Notes: generated from the sequence alone by a model not told the origin. Shown: positions 19,091-28,390, counted from the first letter of the stretch. The stretch: 37,585 nucleotides of DNA from a virus (IMGVR_UViG_2675903368_000016), one strand, 5' to 3'. Numbers and translations: made by a program.

Positions 19091-19603
19091 TCAGTTTGCT
19101 CCCTGTAAACACCAGGCCATCTCCCGCGCACGGCGGTTATCCAGCCCCTGATTAAACACACCTTTTACATAAACCCAGCGCGGCAACTGTCGGCACGCAT
19201 CCGCCCAGCGCCGCTGATTGAGCAATTTCACCAGCGTGGAACTACAGGCATTGCCCGTCCCCACGTTGAAGGCAAACGACACCGTAGCGTCATACACCTT
19301 CTGTGGTGGCTGTTGCTTCACACACCTTTCCAGTGCCCGCTCCACACGCAGCACGTTGGAGATCAGCCCTTCTGCTGCCTGTCGTTCCGTGATTGTTTTG
19401 CCGGGAATGACGCCCGACGTATTACCAATGCCGTCGGTCCAGACACCCGCGCTGCACTGATACGGCTGCAGACGACAACCTTCGTAATCGGCAATCAGTT
19501 TCAGCCCTTCCACGGAGGTGTGAAGCTGCTGAAAACCCGGCAGCGTGGCAGCAATAGCCAGCACGGCCCCGACAAGGCAGCGTTTAACGATTGATGGATT
19601 CAT
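19091..19603 (-). CDS. K: Endolysin gpK (lysozyme) with signal-anchor-like N-terminus
   Basis: 170-aa ORF MNPSIVKRCLVGAVLAIAATLPGF... between holin and lysA. Confidence 0.75.
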   Translation of the reverse strand: MNPSIVKRCLVGAVLAIAATLPGFQQLHTSVEGLKLIADYEGCRLQPYQCSAGVWTDGIGNTSGVIPGKTITERQAAEGLISNVLRVERALERCVKQQPPQKVYDATVSFAFNVGTGNACSSTLVKLLNQRRWADACRQLPRWVYVKGVFNQGLDNRRAREMAWCLQGAN

Positions 19604-19799
19604 AGTCCTCCCGCGAGATCTGCCCGTCGCGCAGAAGCTGGTAGGCTTTGTGTTTGTAGTACCAGTTGATAGCCAGCATCAGCACACCAATCATCAGGCC
19701 GCCCAGCGTTGAGGCATCCTTGATGGACAAATCGCCCAGCCAGGCCAGCACAACGGCGATGCAGTACGTGATAAAGGCGCTGATTCGCTCAAGCGTCAT
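19584..19799 (-). CDS. Y: Holin gpY
   Basis: 71-aa ORF with two hydrophobic helices and a charged C-terminus, immediately upstream of the endolysin. Confidence 0.7.
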   Translation of the reverse strand: MTLERISAFITYCIAVVLAWLGDLSIKDASTLGGLMIGVLMLAINWYYKHKAYQLLRDGQISREDYESINR

Positions 19800-19802
19800 A
19801 AT

Positions 19803-20006
19803 TCAGTCCCATAGCTGGACGGTCTGCACGGTGGTGGTGGCCGGAATGTCCGGCAGCTCCACCTGCAGCCCGTGAGGTAAAAAGGGGCCATATTCGGCAA
19901 GCCCCGGATTTGCCTTCAGTACCTGCTCCGTGACACCCTGCGTGCGCCCGTAATGACGCCAGCAAAGCGCGTCCACCGTGTCATACTGATGCGCACGCAC
20001 TTTCAT
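19803..20006 (-). CDS. X: Tail protein gpX
   Basis: 67-aa ORF between L and the holin; P2 X is also 67 aa. Confidence 0.75.
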   Translation of the reverse strand: MKVRAHQYDTVDALCWRHYGRTQGVTEQVLKANPGLAEYGPFLPHGLQVELPDIPATTTVQTVQLWD

Positions 20007-20533
20007 CAGATAAGCTCCACTGTACAGTGCGGCGCATCCTGCACCCGGCTGATGGCCCAGCGGGCGTCACGCCACAAATCACCGCTGGATTCCGCCAGTT
20101 CCTCGCCTCGCTTCACACCGGATGCCGTGGCGTCATAGTCCTGGTATCGTTCGTTGAGCATGGCGCGTGCCCAGCAGTAAACCGCGTTGAAATAGTGCTG
20201 AATGCGCTCACTTTTCCCGTCCAGCTGTTCTGCCGGAACCTCTGCCAGCGAGGCATACCCCAGCATCTGCTGGCGTCTGCGAAACTCATACAGCTCTGCG
20301 TTGACCTCCGAAATTGCCGACAGCGCAACCTGCTTTAAACGCGGCTGCGTCACCGTGCCGTCAGTGCGCATCACGCTGCGAAACTCCGACAGGTCCACAT
20401 CAGGCCAGAACGGTGTATTTCTGATGATTTCCGCCTGTTCCGGTGCCTGTTCTGGCGCAACAAACTTCATGCTGCTTTCTCCTGAAATAGAGGGCGGTGG
20501 ACGGAGTTTTGATGTGGCTGTGCCTTTCGCCAC
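20006..20533 (-). CDS. L: Head completion protein gpL
   Basis: 175-aa ORF downstream of M; true start may be the internal MKFVAPEQ. Confidence 0.75.
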   Translation of the reverse strand: MAKGTATSKLRPPPSISGESSMKFVAPEQAPEQAEIIRNTPFWPDVDLSEFRSVMRTDGTVTQPRLKQVALSAISEVNAELYEFRRRQQMLGYASLAEVPAEQLDGKSERIQHYFNAVYCWARAMLNERYQDYDATASGVKRGEELAESSGDLWRDARWAISRVQDAPHCTVELI

Positions 20534-20565
20534 CCCGTGCCGCCCGTGCGCGGGGGCACGTTCTG

Positions 20566-21216
20566 TCAGCGGCTGTCATTGCGCAGTCTGCGCTCCAGCT
20601 GCTGTTTGTCTTTTTTCACGCCACAGCGGGGATCGAGCTGCAACGCATGGTTGAGATGGTTAAGGGCGGAAGCCGGATTGCTTTCACTCAGGACAGCGCC
20701 AATCGCTTTATGCAGACGCGCCCGTGACTGGTCCGGCATATCCAGACCGTCTGTCAGCTCCAGCGTCTGCAGCAACAGATCGGCATCAAAGCCGGTGGCG
20801 GCAAGCATTGCGCTCTGCGCCGCGTCTGCCATTTCCTCTGCCAGCACGGTCTGCACATTGCGGTTACCCAGTGGCATCACCCAGCCATGACGCAGGGCAT
20901 GACATCCGATCTCCAGCGCCCCGGCATAATCTCCGGCATCAATGCGCCACAGCATCACGTACATCAGCACGTCATCCTGTTGAGTGCCTCCGGCAGCCAG
21001 GACGCCCTCTGCCCAGGCGGCGTACTTCGGCAGCAGCTCCACCTTGATTTCCGCTTTTTTGACCGTGGACTGAACACCCTTGAGACGGCGGCGGTCTTCC
21101 GCCAGTTGCAGCAGCATCAGGTCATAGCCCGACGCGTGGAGAACACTGCCGCCCTCGCGGGCGGCCTGTTCAGCCTGAACGCGCAGGCGATGCTGCCGTG
21201 CGGGACTCAGGCTCAT
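20566..21216 (-). CDS. M: Terminase small (endonuclease) subunit gpM
   Basis: 216-aa ORF downstream of N; P2 order O-N-M-L. Confidence 0.75.
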   Translation of the reverse strand: MSLSPARQHRLRVQAEQAAREGGSVLHASGYDLMLLQLAEDRRRLKGVQSTVKKAEIKVELLPKYAAWAEGVLAAGGTQQDDVLMYVMLWRIDAGDYAGALEIGCHALRHGWVMPLGNRNVQTVLAEEMADAAQSAMLAATGFDADLLLQTLELTDGLDMPDQSRARLHKAIGAVLSESNPASALNHLNHALQLDPRCGVKKDKQQLERRLRNDSR

Positions 21217-21219
21217 GGA

Positions 21220-22277
21220 TTACGCTCCGGTTTCTGCTGCGGCGGCGCTGAAGTCGCCAATCTGGATGTTTTCCACAAGTGCGGCACAGCGGTAGTCCTC
21301 AACCACATAGGCTTCGTTAACGGATTCAAAGTTTTCAATCCGGTCACGTTTCGGGTTGTCGATAACTGAACGGCGGCGGGTGTCTTCCTGCCAGTAGATG
21401 GACAGGTTATCCAGACGGGTGATCAGCAGTGCATTCGGCGGGAAGAACGGTGCACGCACGGCCTGCAGGCCACCCATGCGTTTCTGACTGATGATCATAT
21501 CGGCAGCCAGTTTTTCACTGTTTTCCTGCTCTTTGTTAACCAGCGGGAAATACTTGTCAGACAGCAGTTCACGCCCGCAAATCACCACCAGATCGTCATC
21601 GTCCTGGTAGACCACGTCGATAAGCTCATTGACGGCATCCATCACCACGGCGTCCAGGTTGGCATATTCGCCACCTTTACCGACTTTCACCGCGCCCGGT
21701 GTGGTTTCACCGCCCATGGTGGTGCTGCCCATGACGTGATCCGGTGCTCCTCACGGATTTTCTGCAGCCAGCCTTTGTTCACATCCTGCAGCAGCGGGTT
21801 TTCGCTGCGGTTGGAGGTTTTCGCACGCTTCACGCCGTTAAAGCCGATCATGATGCGGTCCAGTGCCTGACGTTTCACGATGGCGTCACGGATACGCACC
21901 TGGAAATCCTGAAACTTCGCCCACAGGTCCAGCTTCGCGTAGGTCAGTACCGTGTCAAAGTTGGTCTGCTCGCATTTGTATTCCACATCGACCATCAGCG
22001 TAGGATCGACAGGTTCACGCTCTTTCGCGGTGGTGTCAGTGGTTCCGGCAATGGTGCTACCAACACCCAACCCCAGCAGCTGACCGGACTGCTCAGTCAC
22101 TGGCGTGACGTTAATCAGCGTCAGGAAAGCGGCGGACTGCTGGATCTGGTCTTCCAGCGTCTGCTGTACAGACGGCTCCACGGTGAACTTGCTGGACAGT
22201 TCTTCAACTGCCACACCGTTCAGACGCGCCAGCTGCTGCAGGTAAGCGTTAAAAGCAAAGCGGGTATTCTTCTTCAT
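21220..22277 (-). pseudogene. N: Major capsid protein gpN, interrupted by a 1-bp frameshift
   Basis: Two overlapping ORFs (21687-22277 and 21220-21732) together span gpN; the frame breaks at ...LQKIREEH|, and adding one C restores ...EEHPDHVMGSTTMGGETTPGAVKVGKGG.... Confidence 0.8.
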
Positions 22278-22293
22278 CAGGTTTTGTGCTCCA

Positions 22294-23127
22294 TCAGCAA
22301 TTGGTCAGAGTGTCAGCGGGGGCGTTACCGCCTGTTGCACGCTGGCGGTAGTCCTGGCGGCTGTCTTCATGACTCAGCTTATTCACCAGTTCGTTAAAGG
22401 CGGTCTGCTGTGCCTGCAGGGCAGTCTCCAGCTCAGACAGACGTTCTTCCTGCTCAGACAGGGATTTTTCGGTGCGTGCGCTCAGGTTTTGCTGCTCAGT
22501 GGCGACCAACTCCACGGCCTTATGCACATCAGAGAACCGGGCATCGTCGGACTGCTCTTTTTTGGTGAACAGTGCCGTGACGCGGGCAAACAGGGACGGC
22601 TTGTCCTCCTGGATTTCTTCCAGTTCGATCACCGTTTCCTCTGCGGCGGTAAAGAGATTGGCGGGATTCTGCTTGCGGTTTGCCAGCGGGTTATGGGCTG
22701 CACTGGCGCTGAATGTCAGCATTTCAGTGCCCAGACTGGCAGGGTCATCAGTGGCAGCCAGGCCGACCAAGTAGGCTTTGCCCGTATCAGCAAACTTCGG
22801 ACTGACTTCCATAGATGTGAATAATTTCTGGCCTTTTTTCACCAGTTCCACCAGGGATTCCGTTGGCTCAACGTCGGCATACAGCGCCATCTTGCCTGCC
22901 AACGGACCTTCCGTGATTTCTTCAGCAAACAGCGCCGTCACCTTGCCGTAGCGGTTAAAGGTGCTGTCCGGCAGATAAGACTTGATGTGCTCAAGGTTAA
23001 TCAGCGCGGTATACACCGCCGGGTTGTAGCTGGCTGCCATCTGTTCCAGCCATTCACGCTGGATTTCGCGTCCGTCGGTGGTGGCACCTTCCACCCCGAT
23101 GCGAAAACGCTTTGCTTTCACTGTCAT
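22294..23127 (-). CDS. O: Capsid scaffolding protein gpO
   Basis: 277-aa ORF divergent from P; coiled-coil-rich C-terminal part. Confidence 0.8.
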   Translation of the reverse strand: MTVKAKRFRIGVEGATTDGREIQREWLEQMAASYNPAVYTALINLEHIKSYLPDSTFNRYGKVTALFAEEITEGPLAGKMALYADVEPTESLVELVKKGQKLFTSMEVSPKFADTGKAYLVGLAATDDPASLGTEMLTFSASAAHNPLANRKQNPANLFTAAEETVIELEEIQEDKPSLFARVTALFTKKEQSDDARFSDVHKAVELVATEQQNLSARTEKSLSEQEERLSELETALQAQQTAFNELVNKLSHEDSRQDYRQRATGGNAPADTLTNC

Positions 23128-23205
23128 GAGCCGTGCTCCGTTAGAAAAAACTTACTGGAGCCTTATGGTTGCGGTGATGGGGGCAGTGAAACAATGCGCG
23201 GTATT

Positions 23206-23223
23206 TGTACCGACAACCACACA
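23206..23223. promoter_or_regulatory. Candidate Ogr-dependent late promoter element (TGT-N12-ACA) in the divergent O/P intergenic region
   Basis: TGTaccgacaaccacACA, same dyad type as upstream of FI and V. Confidence 0.5.
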
Positions 23224-23269
23224 AACCGCAGGCGGGGAAAGCCTTCATTCAAGGCTGTAGGTTTGTGCC

Positions 23270-25036
23270 ATGAACACCACACTGACACCCGCAGATCTCG
23301 ATCCCCGTCGGCAGGCCATGCTGCTGTACTTTCAGGGATACCGCGTCGCCCGCATTGCTGAAATGCTGGGCGAGAAAGTTGCAACTGTTCACAGCTGGAA
23401 AAAACGCGACAAGTGGGGTGACTATGGGCCGCTGGATCAGATGCAGCTCACCACCGCCGCACGCTACTGCCAGCTCATTATGAAGGAGCACAAAGAAGGG
23501 AAAGATTTCAAAGAGATTGACCTGCTGGCGCGCCAGTCGGAGCGCCACGCGCGGATCGGCAAGTTTAACAATGGCGGCAACGAAGCCGATTTAAACCCTA
23601 ACGTCGCCAACCGCAACAAAGGCCCACGCCGTCAGCCGGAAAAGAATGTTTTCACCGATGAACAGATTGAGAAGCTGGAAGAAATCTTCCATTCCTCCAT
23701 GTTCAACTACCAGCGCCACTGGTGGGAAGCCGGAAAAACCAACCGCATCCGCAACCTGCTGAAGTCACGCCAGATCGGCGCAACCTTCTATTTTGCCCGT
23801 GAAGCCCTGATTGACGCCCTGCTGACCGGACGTAACCAGATTTTCCTTTCCGCCAGCAAGGCACAGGCCCACGTCTTTAAGCAGTACATCTTCGACTTCG
23901 CCAAAGAAGTGGAGGTGGAGCTGAAAGGTGATCCGATGGTGCTTCCTAACGGTGCCACGCTTTACTTCCTCGGCACCAATGCCCGCACTGCCCAGAGTTA
24001 TCACGGCAACCTGTATCTGGATGAATATTTCTGGATACCGAAATTTCAGGAGCTGCGTAAAGTGGCTTCCGGTATGGCTATTCACAAAAAATGGCGACAA
24101 ACCTATTTTTCCACGCCATCAAGCCTGACCCACAGTGCTTATCCGTTCTGGTCCGGTGCGCTGTTCAACCGTGGACGCAACAAAGCCGACAAGGTGGACA
24201 TCGACCTGTCCCACAGCAATCTGGCCCCCGGCCTGCTGTGCGCAGACGGGCAATACCGCCAGATAGTCACCGTGGAAGATGCGGTGCGCGGCGGCTGCAA
24301 CCTGTTCGACCTTGACCAGTTGCGCATGGAGTACAGCCCGGACGAATACCAGAACCTGCTGATGTGCGAGTTTGTGGACGATCTCGCGTCCGTGTTTCCG
24401 CTCAGCGAGCTGCAGGCGTGCATGGTGGACAGTTGGGAAGTCTGGACCGACTTTCATGCACTGGCCCTTCGCCCGTTTGGGTGGCGCGAAGTGTGGATCG
24501 GTTATGACCCGGCAAAAGGTACGCAGAACGGCGACAGCGCCGGATGCGTGGTGGTGGCACCGCCAGCCGTGCCGGGCGGTAAGTTCCGTATTCTTGAGCG
24601 CCACCAGTGGCGCGGGATGGACTTCCGCGCCCAGGCGGACGCCATCAAAAAACTGACCGAACAGTACAACGTGACATATATCGGCATCGACTCGACGGGT
24701 GTCGGTCACGGGGTTTACGAGAACGTGAAAGCGTTTTTTCCTGCCGTCCGGGAGTTTGTCTACAACCCCAACGTTAAAAATGCCCTGGTACTCAAGGCAT
24801 ACGACATTATCAGCCACCGCCGTCTGGAGTTTGACGCCGGGCACACCGACATTGCGCAGTCATTCATGGCAATCCGTCGCGCCACCACCGCCAGTGGCAA
24901 CCGCCCGACCTATGAAGCCAGCCGCAGCGAAGAAGCCAGCCACGCCGATCTGGCCTGGGCAACGATGCACGCACTGTTTAATGAACCGCTGCAGGGCGAG
25001 TCCGCCAATACAAGCAATATTGTGGAGATTTTTTGA
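23270..25036 (+). CDS. P: Terminase large (ATPase) subunit gpP
   Basis: 588-aa ORF divergent from O. Confidence 0.85.
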   Translation: MNTTLTPADLDPRRQAMLLYFQGYRVARIAEMLGEKVATVHSWKKRDKWGDYGPLDQMQLTTAARYCQLIMKEHKEGKDFKEIDLLARQSERHARIGKFNNGGNEADLNPNVANRNKGPRRQPEKNVFTDEQIEKLEEIFHSSMFNYQRHWWEAGKTNRIRNLLKSRQIGATFYFAREALIDALLTGRNQIFLSASKAQAHVFKQYIFDFAKEVEVELKGDPMVLPNGATLYFLGTNARTAQSYHGNLYLDEYFWIPKFQELRKVASGMAIHKKWRQTYFSTPSSLTHSAYPFWSGALFNRGRNKADKVDIDLSHSNLAPGLLCADGQYRQIVTVEDAVRGGCNLFDLDQLRMEYSPDEYQNLLMCEFVDDLASVFPLSELQACMVDSWEVWTDFHALALRPFGWREVWIGYDPAKGTQNGDSAGCVVVAPPAVPGGKFRILERHQWRGMDFRAQADAIKKLTEQYNVTYIGIDSTGVGHGVYENVKAFFPAVREFVYNPNVKNALVLKAYDIISHRRLEFDAGHTDIAQSFMAIRRATTASGNRPTYEASRSEEASHADLAWATMHALFNEPLQGESANTSNIVEIF

Positions 25037-26082
25037 TGGGAAAGAGTAAGAAAAACCGCGCTGCGGCGATGAATCACATCCAGCATAAAAGCCAGACTTC
25101 AGCCGAAGCATTCAGCTTCGGCGATCCCGTTCCTGTTCTGGACCGCCGAGAATTACTGGACTATGTGGAATGCGTACAGATGGACCGTTGGTATGAGCCG
25201 CCCGTCAGCTTTGACGGACTGGCGCGCACCTTCCGCGCCGCCGTGCATCACAGTTCCCCGATTGCAGTAAAGTGCAACATTCTGACCAGTACCTATATCC
25301 CTCATCCGCTGCTCAGCCAGCAGGCTTTTTCGCGTTTTGTGCAGGACTATCTGGTATTTGGTAACGCCTACCTGGAGAAACGCACGAACCGCTTCGGTGA
25401 AGTTATCGCCCTTGAACCGACCCTGGCAAAATACACCCGACGCGGATTAGACCTGGATACCTACTGGTTTGTGCAATACGGCATGACTACGCAGCCGTAT
25501 CAGTTCACGAAAGGCAGCATTTTTCATCTGATGGAACCGGACATCAACCAGGAGATCTACGGCCTGCCCGGTTATCTTTCTGCCATTCCGTCAGCCCTGC
25601 TCAACGAGTCCGCCACGCTGTTCCGCCGCAAGTATTACATTAACGGCAGTCATGCAGGCTTCATCATGTACATGACCGATGCAGCGCAGAACCAGGAGGA
25701 TGTGAACAACCTCCGCAATGCGATGAAAAGCGCCAAAGGTCCTGGTAACTTCCGTAACCTGTTTATGTACTCGCCTAACGGTAAAAAGGACGGGCTTCAG
25801 ATTATCCCGTTGTCAGAAGTGGTGGCGAAGGATGAGTTCCTGAATATCAAGAACGTGAGCCGGGACGACATGATGGCGGCGCATCGTGTGCCGCCACAAA
25901 TGATGGGGATAATGCCTAATAATGTCGGGGGGTTTGGGGATGTAGAAAAGGCAAGCCGTGTCTTTGTCCGCAACGAGTTGATACCTCTGCAGAAACGCCT
26001 ACAGGAACTTAACAACTGGCTGGGCGATGAAGTTATACGTTTCGAGCCGTACACTTTAGATATTCAGAATGAAAAGAAATAA
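25033..26082 (+). CDS. Q: Portal protein gpQ
   Basis: 349-aa ORF overlapping the P stop by 4 nt; P2 order P then Q toward cos. Confidence 0.85.
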   Translation: MMGKSKKNRAAAMNHIQHKSQTSAEAFSFGDPVPVLDRRELLDYVECVQMDRWYEPPVSFDGLARTFRAAVHHSSPIAVKCNILTSTYIPHPLLSQQAFSRFVQDYLVFGNAYLEKRTNRFGEVIALEPTLAKYTRRGLDLDTYWFVQYGMTTQPYQFTKGSIFHLMEPDINQEIYGLPGYLSAIPSALLNESATLFRRKYYINGSHAGFIMYMTDAAQNQEDVNNLRNAMKSAKGPGNFRNLFMYSPNGKKDGLQIIPLSEVVAKDEFLNIKNVSRDDMMAAHRVPPQMMGIMPNNVGGFGDVEKASRVFVRNELIPLQKRLQELNNWLGDEVIRFEPYTLDIQNEKK

Positions 26083-26110
26083 AAGTTAGCGAATAAAAAT
26101 CATTAGCATA

Positions 26111-26131
26111 GGCCGCAAACTGAGCGGCCTT
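26111..26131. terminator. Bidirectional hairpin terminator between Q and the convergent accessory operon
   Basis: Stem AGGCCGC / GCGGCCT with loop AAACTGA; T-rich tracts on both sides. Confidence 0.45.
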
Positions 26132-26136
26132 ATTCA

Positions 26137-26406
26137 TTACCAATTTCTTTTTTCGGAGTTTAGCCAATCACCGCATGGATAATATCTTGACGCCCATTCA
26201 CCTTGTAAACGAGCTACAAACAGAATATCGTTACTATCGACCCTGGCTTGGAGTCCGTCACGCAGTTGAGTTGCGGTCAGCGTTGTATCTACTAACCAAA
26301 ATGATTCAAGATATTTACAGTATGTAAATTGCTTTAGATAGTCAAAAACTTCATCGTAGTTTCTTCCCGGAGCCTTCAAGTCATAGGTTATACAATAAAT
26401 AGCCAT
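26137..26406 (-). CDS. Hypothetical 89-aa protein, accessory cassette gene 4
   Basis: ORF MAIYCITYDLKAPGRNYDEVFDYLKQF...; AT-rich; 4-nt gap to the upstream gene; no confident family assignment. Confidence 0.55.
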   Translation of the reverse strand: MAIYCITYDLKAPGRNYDEVFDYLKQFTYCKYLESFWLVDTTLTATQLRDGLQARVDSNDILFVARLQGEWASRYYPCGDWLNSEKRNW

Positions 26407-26409
26407 TCT

Positions 26410-26655
26410 CTAAGCTCCGCATTTTTTATCATTTGGGGAACATCTTAACCTGCGACATTTGCGGCAATACGATTGAGGGATCAGCCGCTCTCCTTCCATA
26501 GTTCTAAAACCAAACACTTCTTCAATTTTGTTCAAATCACCACTTGCAATAACCCCACAGCAGGGGCAGACAGCCTCAATTTGAAATGCCATGTCTATCT
26601 CCATTCCACATGTTGAATGTAGGGTAATACTTCCTTTCAAGCAAAAATGAGACAA
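26410..26655 (-). CDS. Small zinc-ribbon protein, accessory cassette gene 3
   Basis: C-P-C-C-G ... C-R-K-C-R-R...C...C cysteine pattern; probable true start at internal MAFQIEAV (about 60 aa). Confidence 0.5.
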   Translation of the reverse strand: MSHFCLKGSITLHSTCGMEIDMAFQIEAVCPCCGVIASGDLNKIEEVFGFRTMEGERLIPQSYCRKCRRLRCSPNDKKCGA

Positions 26656-26827
26656 GGATCTTGAAACCTAATTTAAACTTGCTTGCGCGCGCTCGTATCC
26701 CCGCCACGCCTGCCCGCTTTATGTAGTAGTTTTCATGCAGGTGCATGATCTACGCGAAAGCCCGCCAGTTCTGGCGGGCCCTAGCAAAAACGATCCTCAA
26801 ACGATCATGCGATCTCATGCAGCATAG

Positions 26828-27559
26828 TCATGCACGATCATTTGACTCAGCATCTGCTGCACGCTTGCTGCGCGAAGATGCACTTTTACTATCAATCTTT
26901 CGACAGTTCTTTCTATCCCTGGCTTCATTTTCTTTAAATTTGTTATATGTCTCAGTATCAAAAAACGAAATTGTTTCAACCTCATCTTTTGGTATGAGCA
27001 CACGGAAATCTTCGATATTAAGCCGAGACATTCCACTTATCACACCACTATCAAGATAATGTTGGTGATAGTTAGTCGTGATACTAATCGTTAGATCATC
27101 TTTATCCCGATATCCGCTTAACATCGGGAGAAGTTCAAGGTGCTCTGAAAGCCCGTTTTCTAACGCCGGACAAGTAACAAGACCAACATAGATTTTGCGA
27201 GACGACAGAGTTGCTATGATCGGAAACTGTCTTGCGGACGCTTCCATGAGTAATGATTCGAAAGCGTTATTACCCACAGCTTTAGCTAAGGCATCCCAGC
27301 GACGATCTCCACGTGATGTGCGTAACTTATTTCCAAAACCTGAAATCGCAGCGAGGACAATTGAAATCATAACCCATGCTATCTGTTTGATTTCATTTAT
27401 TCTTTGAAGTTTGTCTTTCGATGAAGACAACATGCCATTAAAACTGTCAGGTGTTAGATTCAAGGCATTAGCCAGCCAACGAAACCCTCCGCTGACGTTC
27501 AAAATAAAGGTGAAAAAACCGCCAAGGAGAAAAAAAAACGATACCCCAGGCAGCCACAA
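26828..27559 (-). CDS. Membrane protein of unknown function, accessory cassette gene 2 (distal frame)
   Basis: 243-aa ORF with hydrophobic segments (FFFLLGGFFTFIL; IAWVMISIVLAAISGF) and a charged C-terminal domain; no ATG at the reported start. Confidence 0.55.
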   Translation of the reverse strand: MWLPGVSFFFLLGGFFTFILNVSGGFRWLANALNLTPDSFNGMLSSSKDKLQRINEIKQIAWVMISIVLAAISGFGNKLRTSRGDRRWDALAKAVGNNAFESLLMEASARQFPIIATLSSRKIYVGLVTCPALENGLSEHLELLPMLSGYRDKDDLTISITTNYHQHYLDSGVISGMSRLNIEDFRVLIPKDEVETISFFDTETYNKFKENEARDRKNCRKIDSKSASSRSKRAADAESNDRA

Positions 27560-27671
27560 AAAAATAAGCGTCCCAGCCGTTGGAACGCTTATATCGGTAT
27601 CTTGTTGAAAGTGATAGGTTTACATAAATAAAACCACTAACCAAAATCACTGCTAAAAGTAATGTTGCCAT
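27468..27671 (-). CDS. N-terminal transmembrane segment ORF, probably the 5' part of the same membrane-protein gene in another frame
   Basis: 67-aa ORF MATLLLAVILVSGFIYVNL...; its ATG overlaps the stop of the upstream 71-aa gene (TAATG); joins the 243-aa frame at a T7/T9 homopolymer region. Confidence 0.45.
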   Translation of the reverse strand: MATLLLAVILVSGFIYVNLSLSTRYRYKRSNGWDAYFFVAAWGIVFFSPWRFFHLYFERQRRVSLAG

Positions 27672-27886
27672 TATCTGGTTCTATTAGTTTTCTCTTTTAC
27701 AGTGCTCGTTTTGATGCCTTCAAGCTTATCCATCTGTGCCTTGATGGCATCCATTGCTCTTTTGTTAGACAAGTCTACGGACACAAAACCATCTTTACTA
27801 AGATTGAGTTTGTCCTGGTTCTCTTTAAGAACCCTTGCCAGACGTTCAACTGGGTTACCCAGGCTAAATGCGGCGATGCTTGACAT
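27671..27886 (-). CDS. Hypothetical 71-aa protein, accessory cassette gene 1
   Basis: ORF MSSIAAFSLGNPVERLARVLKENQDKLNL...; first gene of the leftward AT-rich operon. Confidence 0.5.
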   Translation of the reverse strand: MSSIAAFSLGNPVERLARVLKENQDKLNLSKDGFVSVDLSNKRAMDAIKAQMDKLEGIKTSTVKEKTNRTR

Positions 27887-28156
27887 AACTCCCCCTTTTC
27901 ACATGGCGCGGAAGTCTACACTCCGACGCCTACAACCTCAACAGATTATCTTTAAAATTTAGACAACAATATCATCTGTTGATTGCGTTACTTAAACTTA
28001 AGTTCAATGCGCTCGATCATGCAAGCTGTTTCTTAAGAACTGTTAATTTCCTGGCATATATAGTGGTTAAGGTAACAAATTGACACTAACGCCTCGCATA
28101 GCTCGTTGTTCAACCTTGCTGACGCCAGAAGCAAGTTCAGACGCCAGCAACGTTTC

Positions 28157-28390
28157 TTAATGCAGCCAGCTGTCGTCTTCCCACACCTTCTGCATAATTT
28201 TCATCACTTGTTTTCTTTCTTCGTCCAGTTGCAATCCGGTCAGTTCCACACCGTTAGAGCTACCTTTGCGGATACGAATTACCGTTTTGGGATACAGAGG
28301 ACGCAGATTGCGGTAAAGCTCGGATTCAAGGGCGTCCAGGGTAGACTGGCTAATCTTCTGCTCTTTATCGATCATTATTTCAATGCGCAT
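28157..28390 (-). CDS. DinI-family protein (186 Tum-like SOS-inducible anti-repressor module)
   Basis: 77-aa ORF MRIEIMIDKEQKISQSTLDALESELYRNL...KIMQKVWEDDSWLH resembles E. coli DinI along its length; downstream of a LexA box. Confidence 0.75.
   Translation of the reverse strand: MRIEIMIDKEQKISQSTLDALESELYRNLRPLYPKTVIRIRKGSSNGVELTGLQLDEERKQVMKIMQKVWEDDSWLH

Noticed and set aside
23191-23208. ACA-N12-TGT dyad overlapping the O/P late promoter element
   Set aside because: The arm orientation is opposite to the TGT-N12-ACA consensus; probably a chance overlap rather than a second activator site.
26083-26136. cos site of the prophage
   Set aside because: It is expected just beyond the Q stop by analogy with P2, but I could not recognise the P2 cohesive-end sequence; the hairpin here is annotated only as a terminator.
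26137-26406. Possible Cas2/VapD-like pattern in the 89-aa accessory protein
   Set aside because: The resemblance rests on a short hydrophobic N-terminal strand motif only; there is no cas1 or repeat array nearby, and I cannot support a family call without a profile search.
26745-27059. 104-aa plus-strand ORF in the accessory cassette
   Set aside because: Antisense to the longer membrane-protein ORF, and the plus strand has no operon context here.
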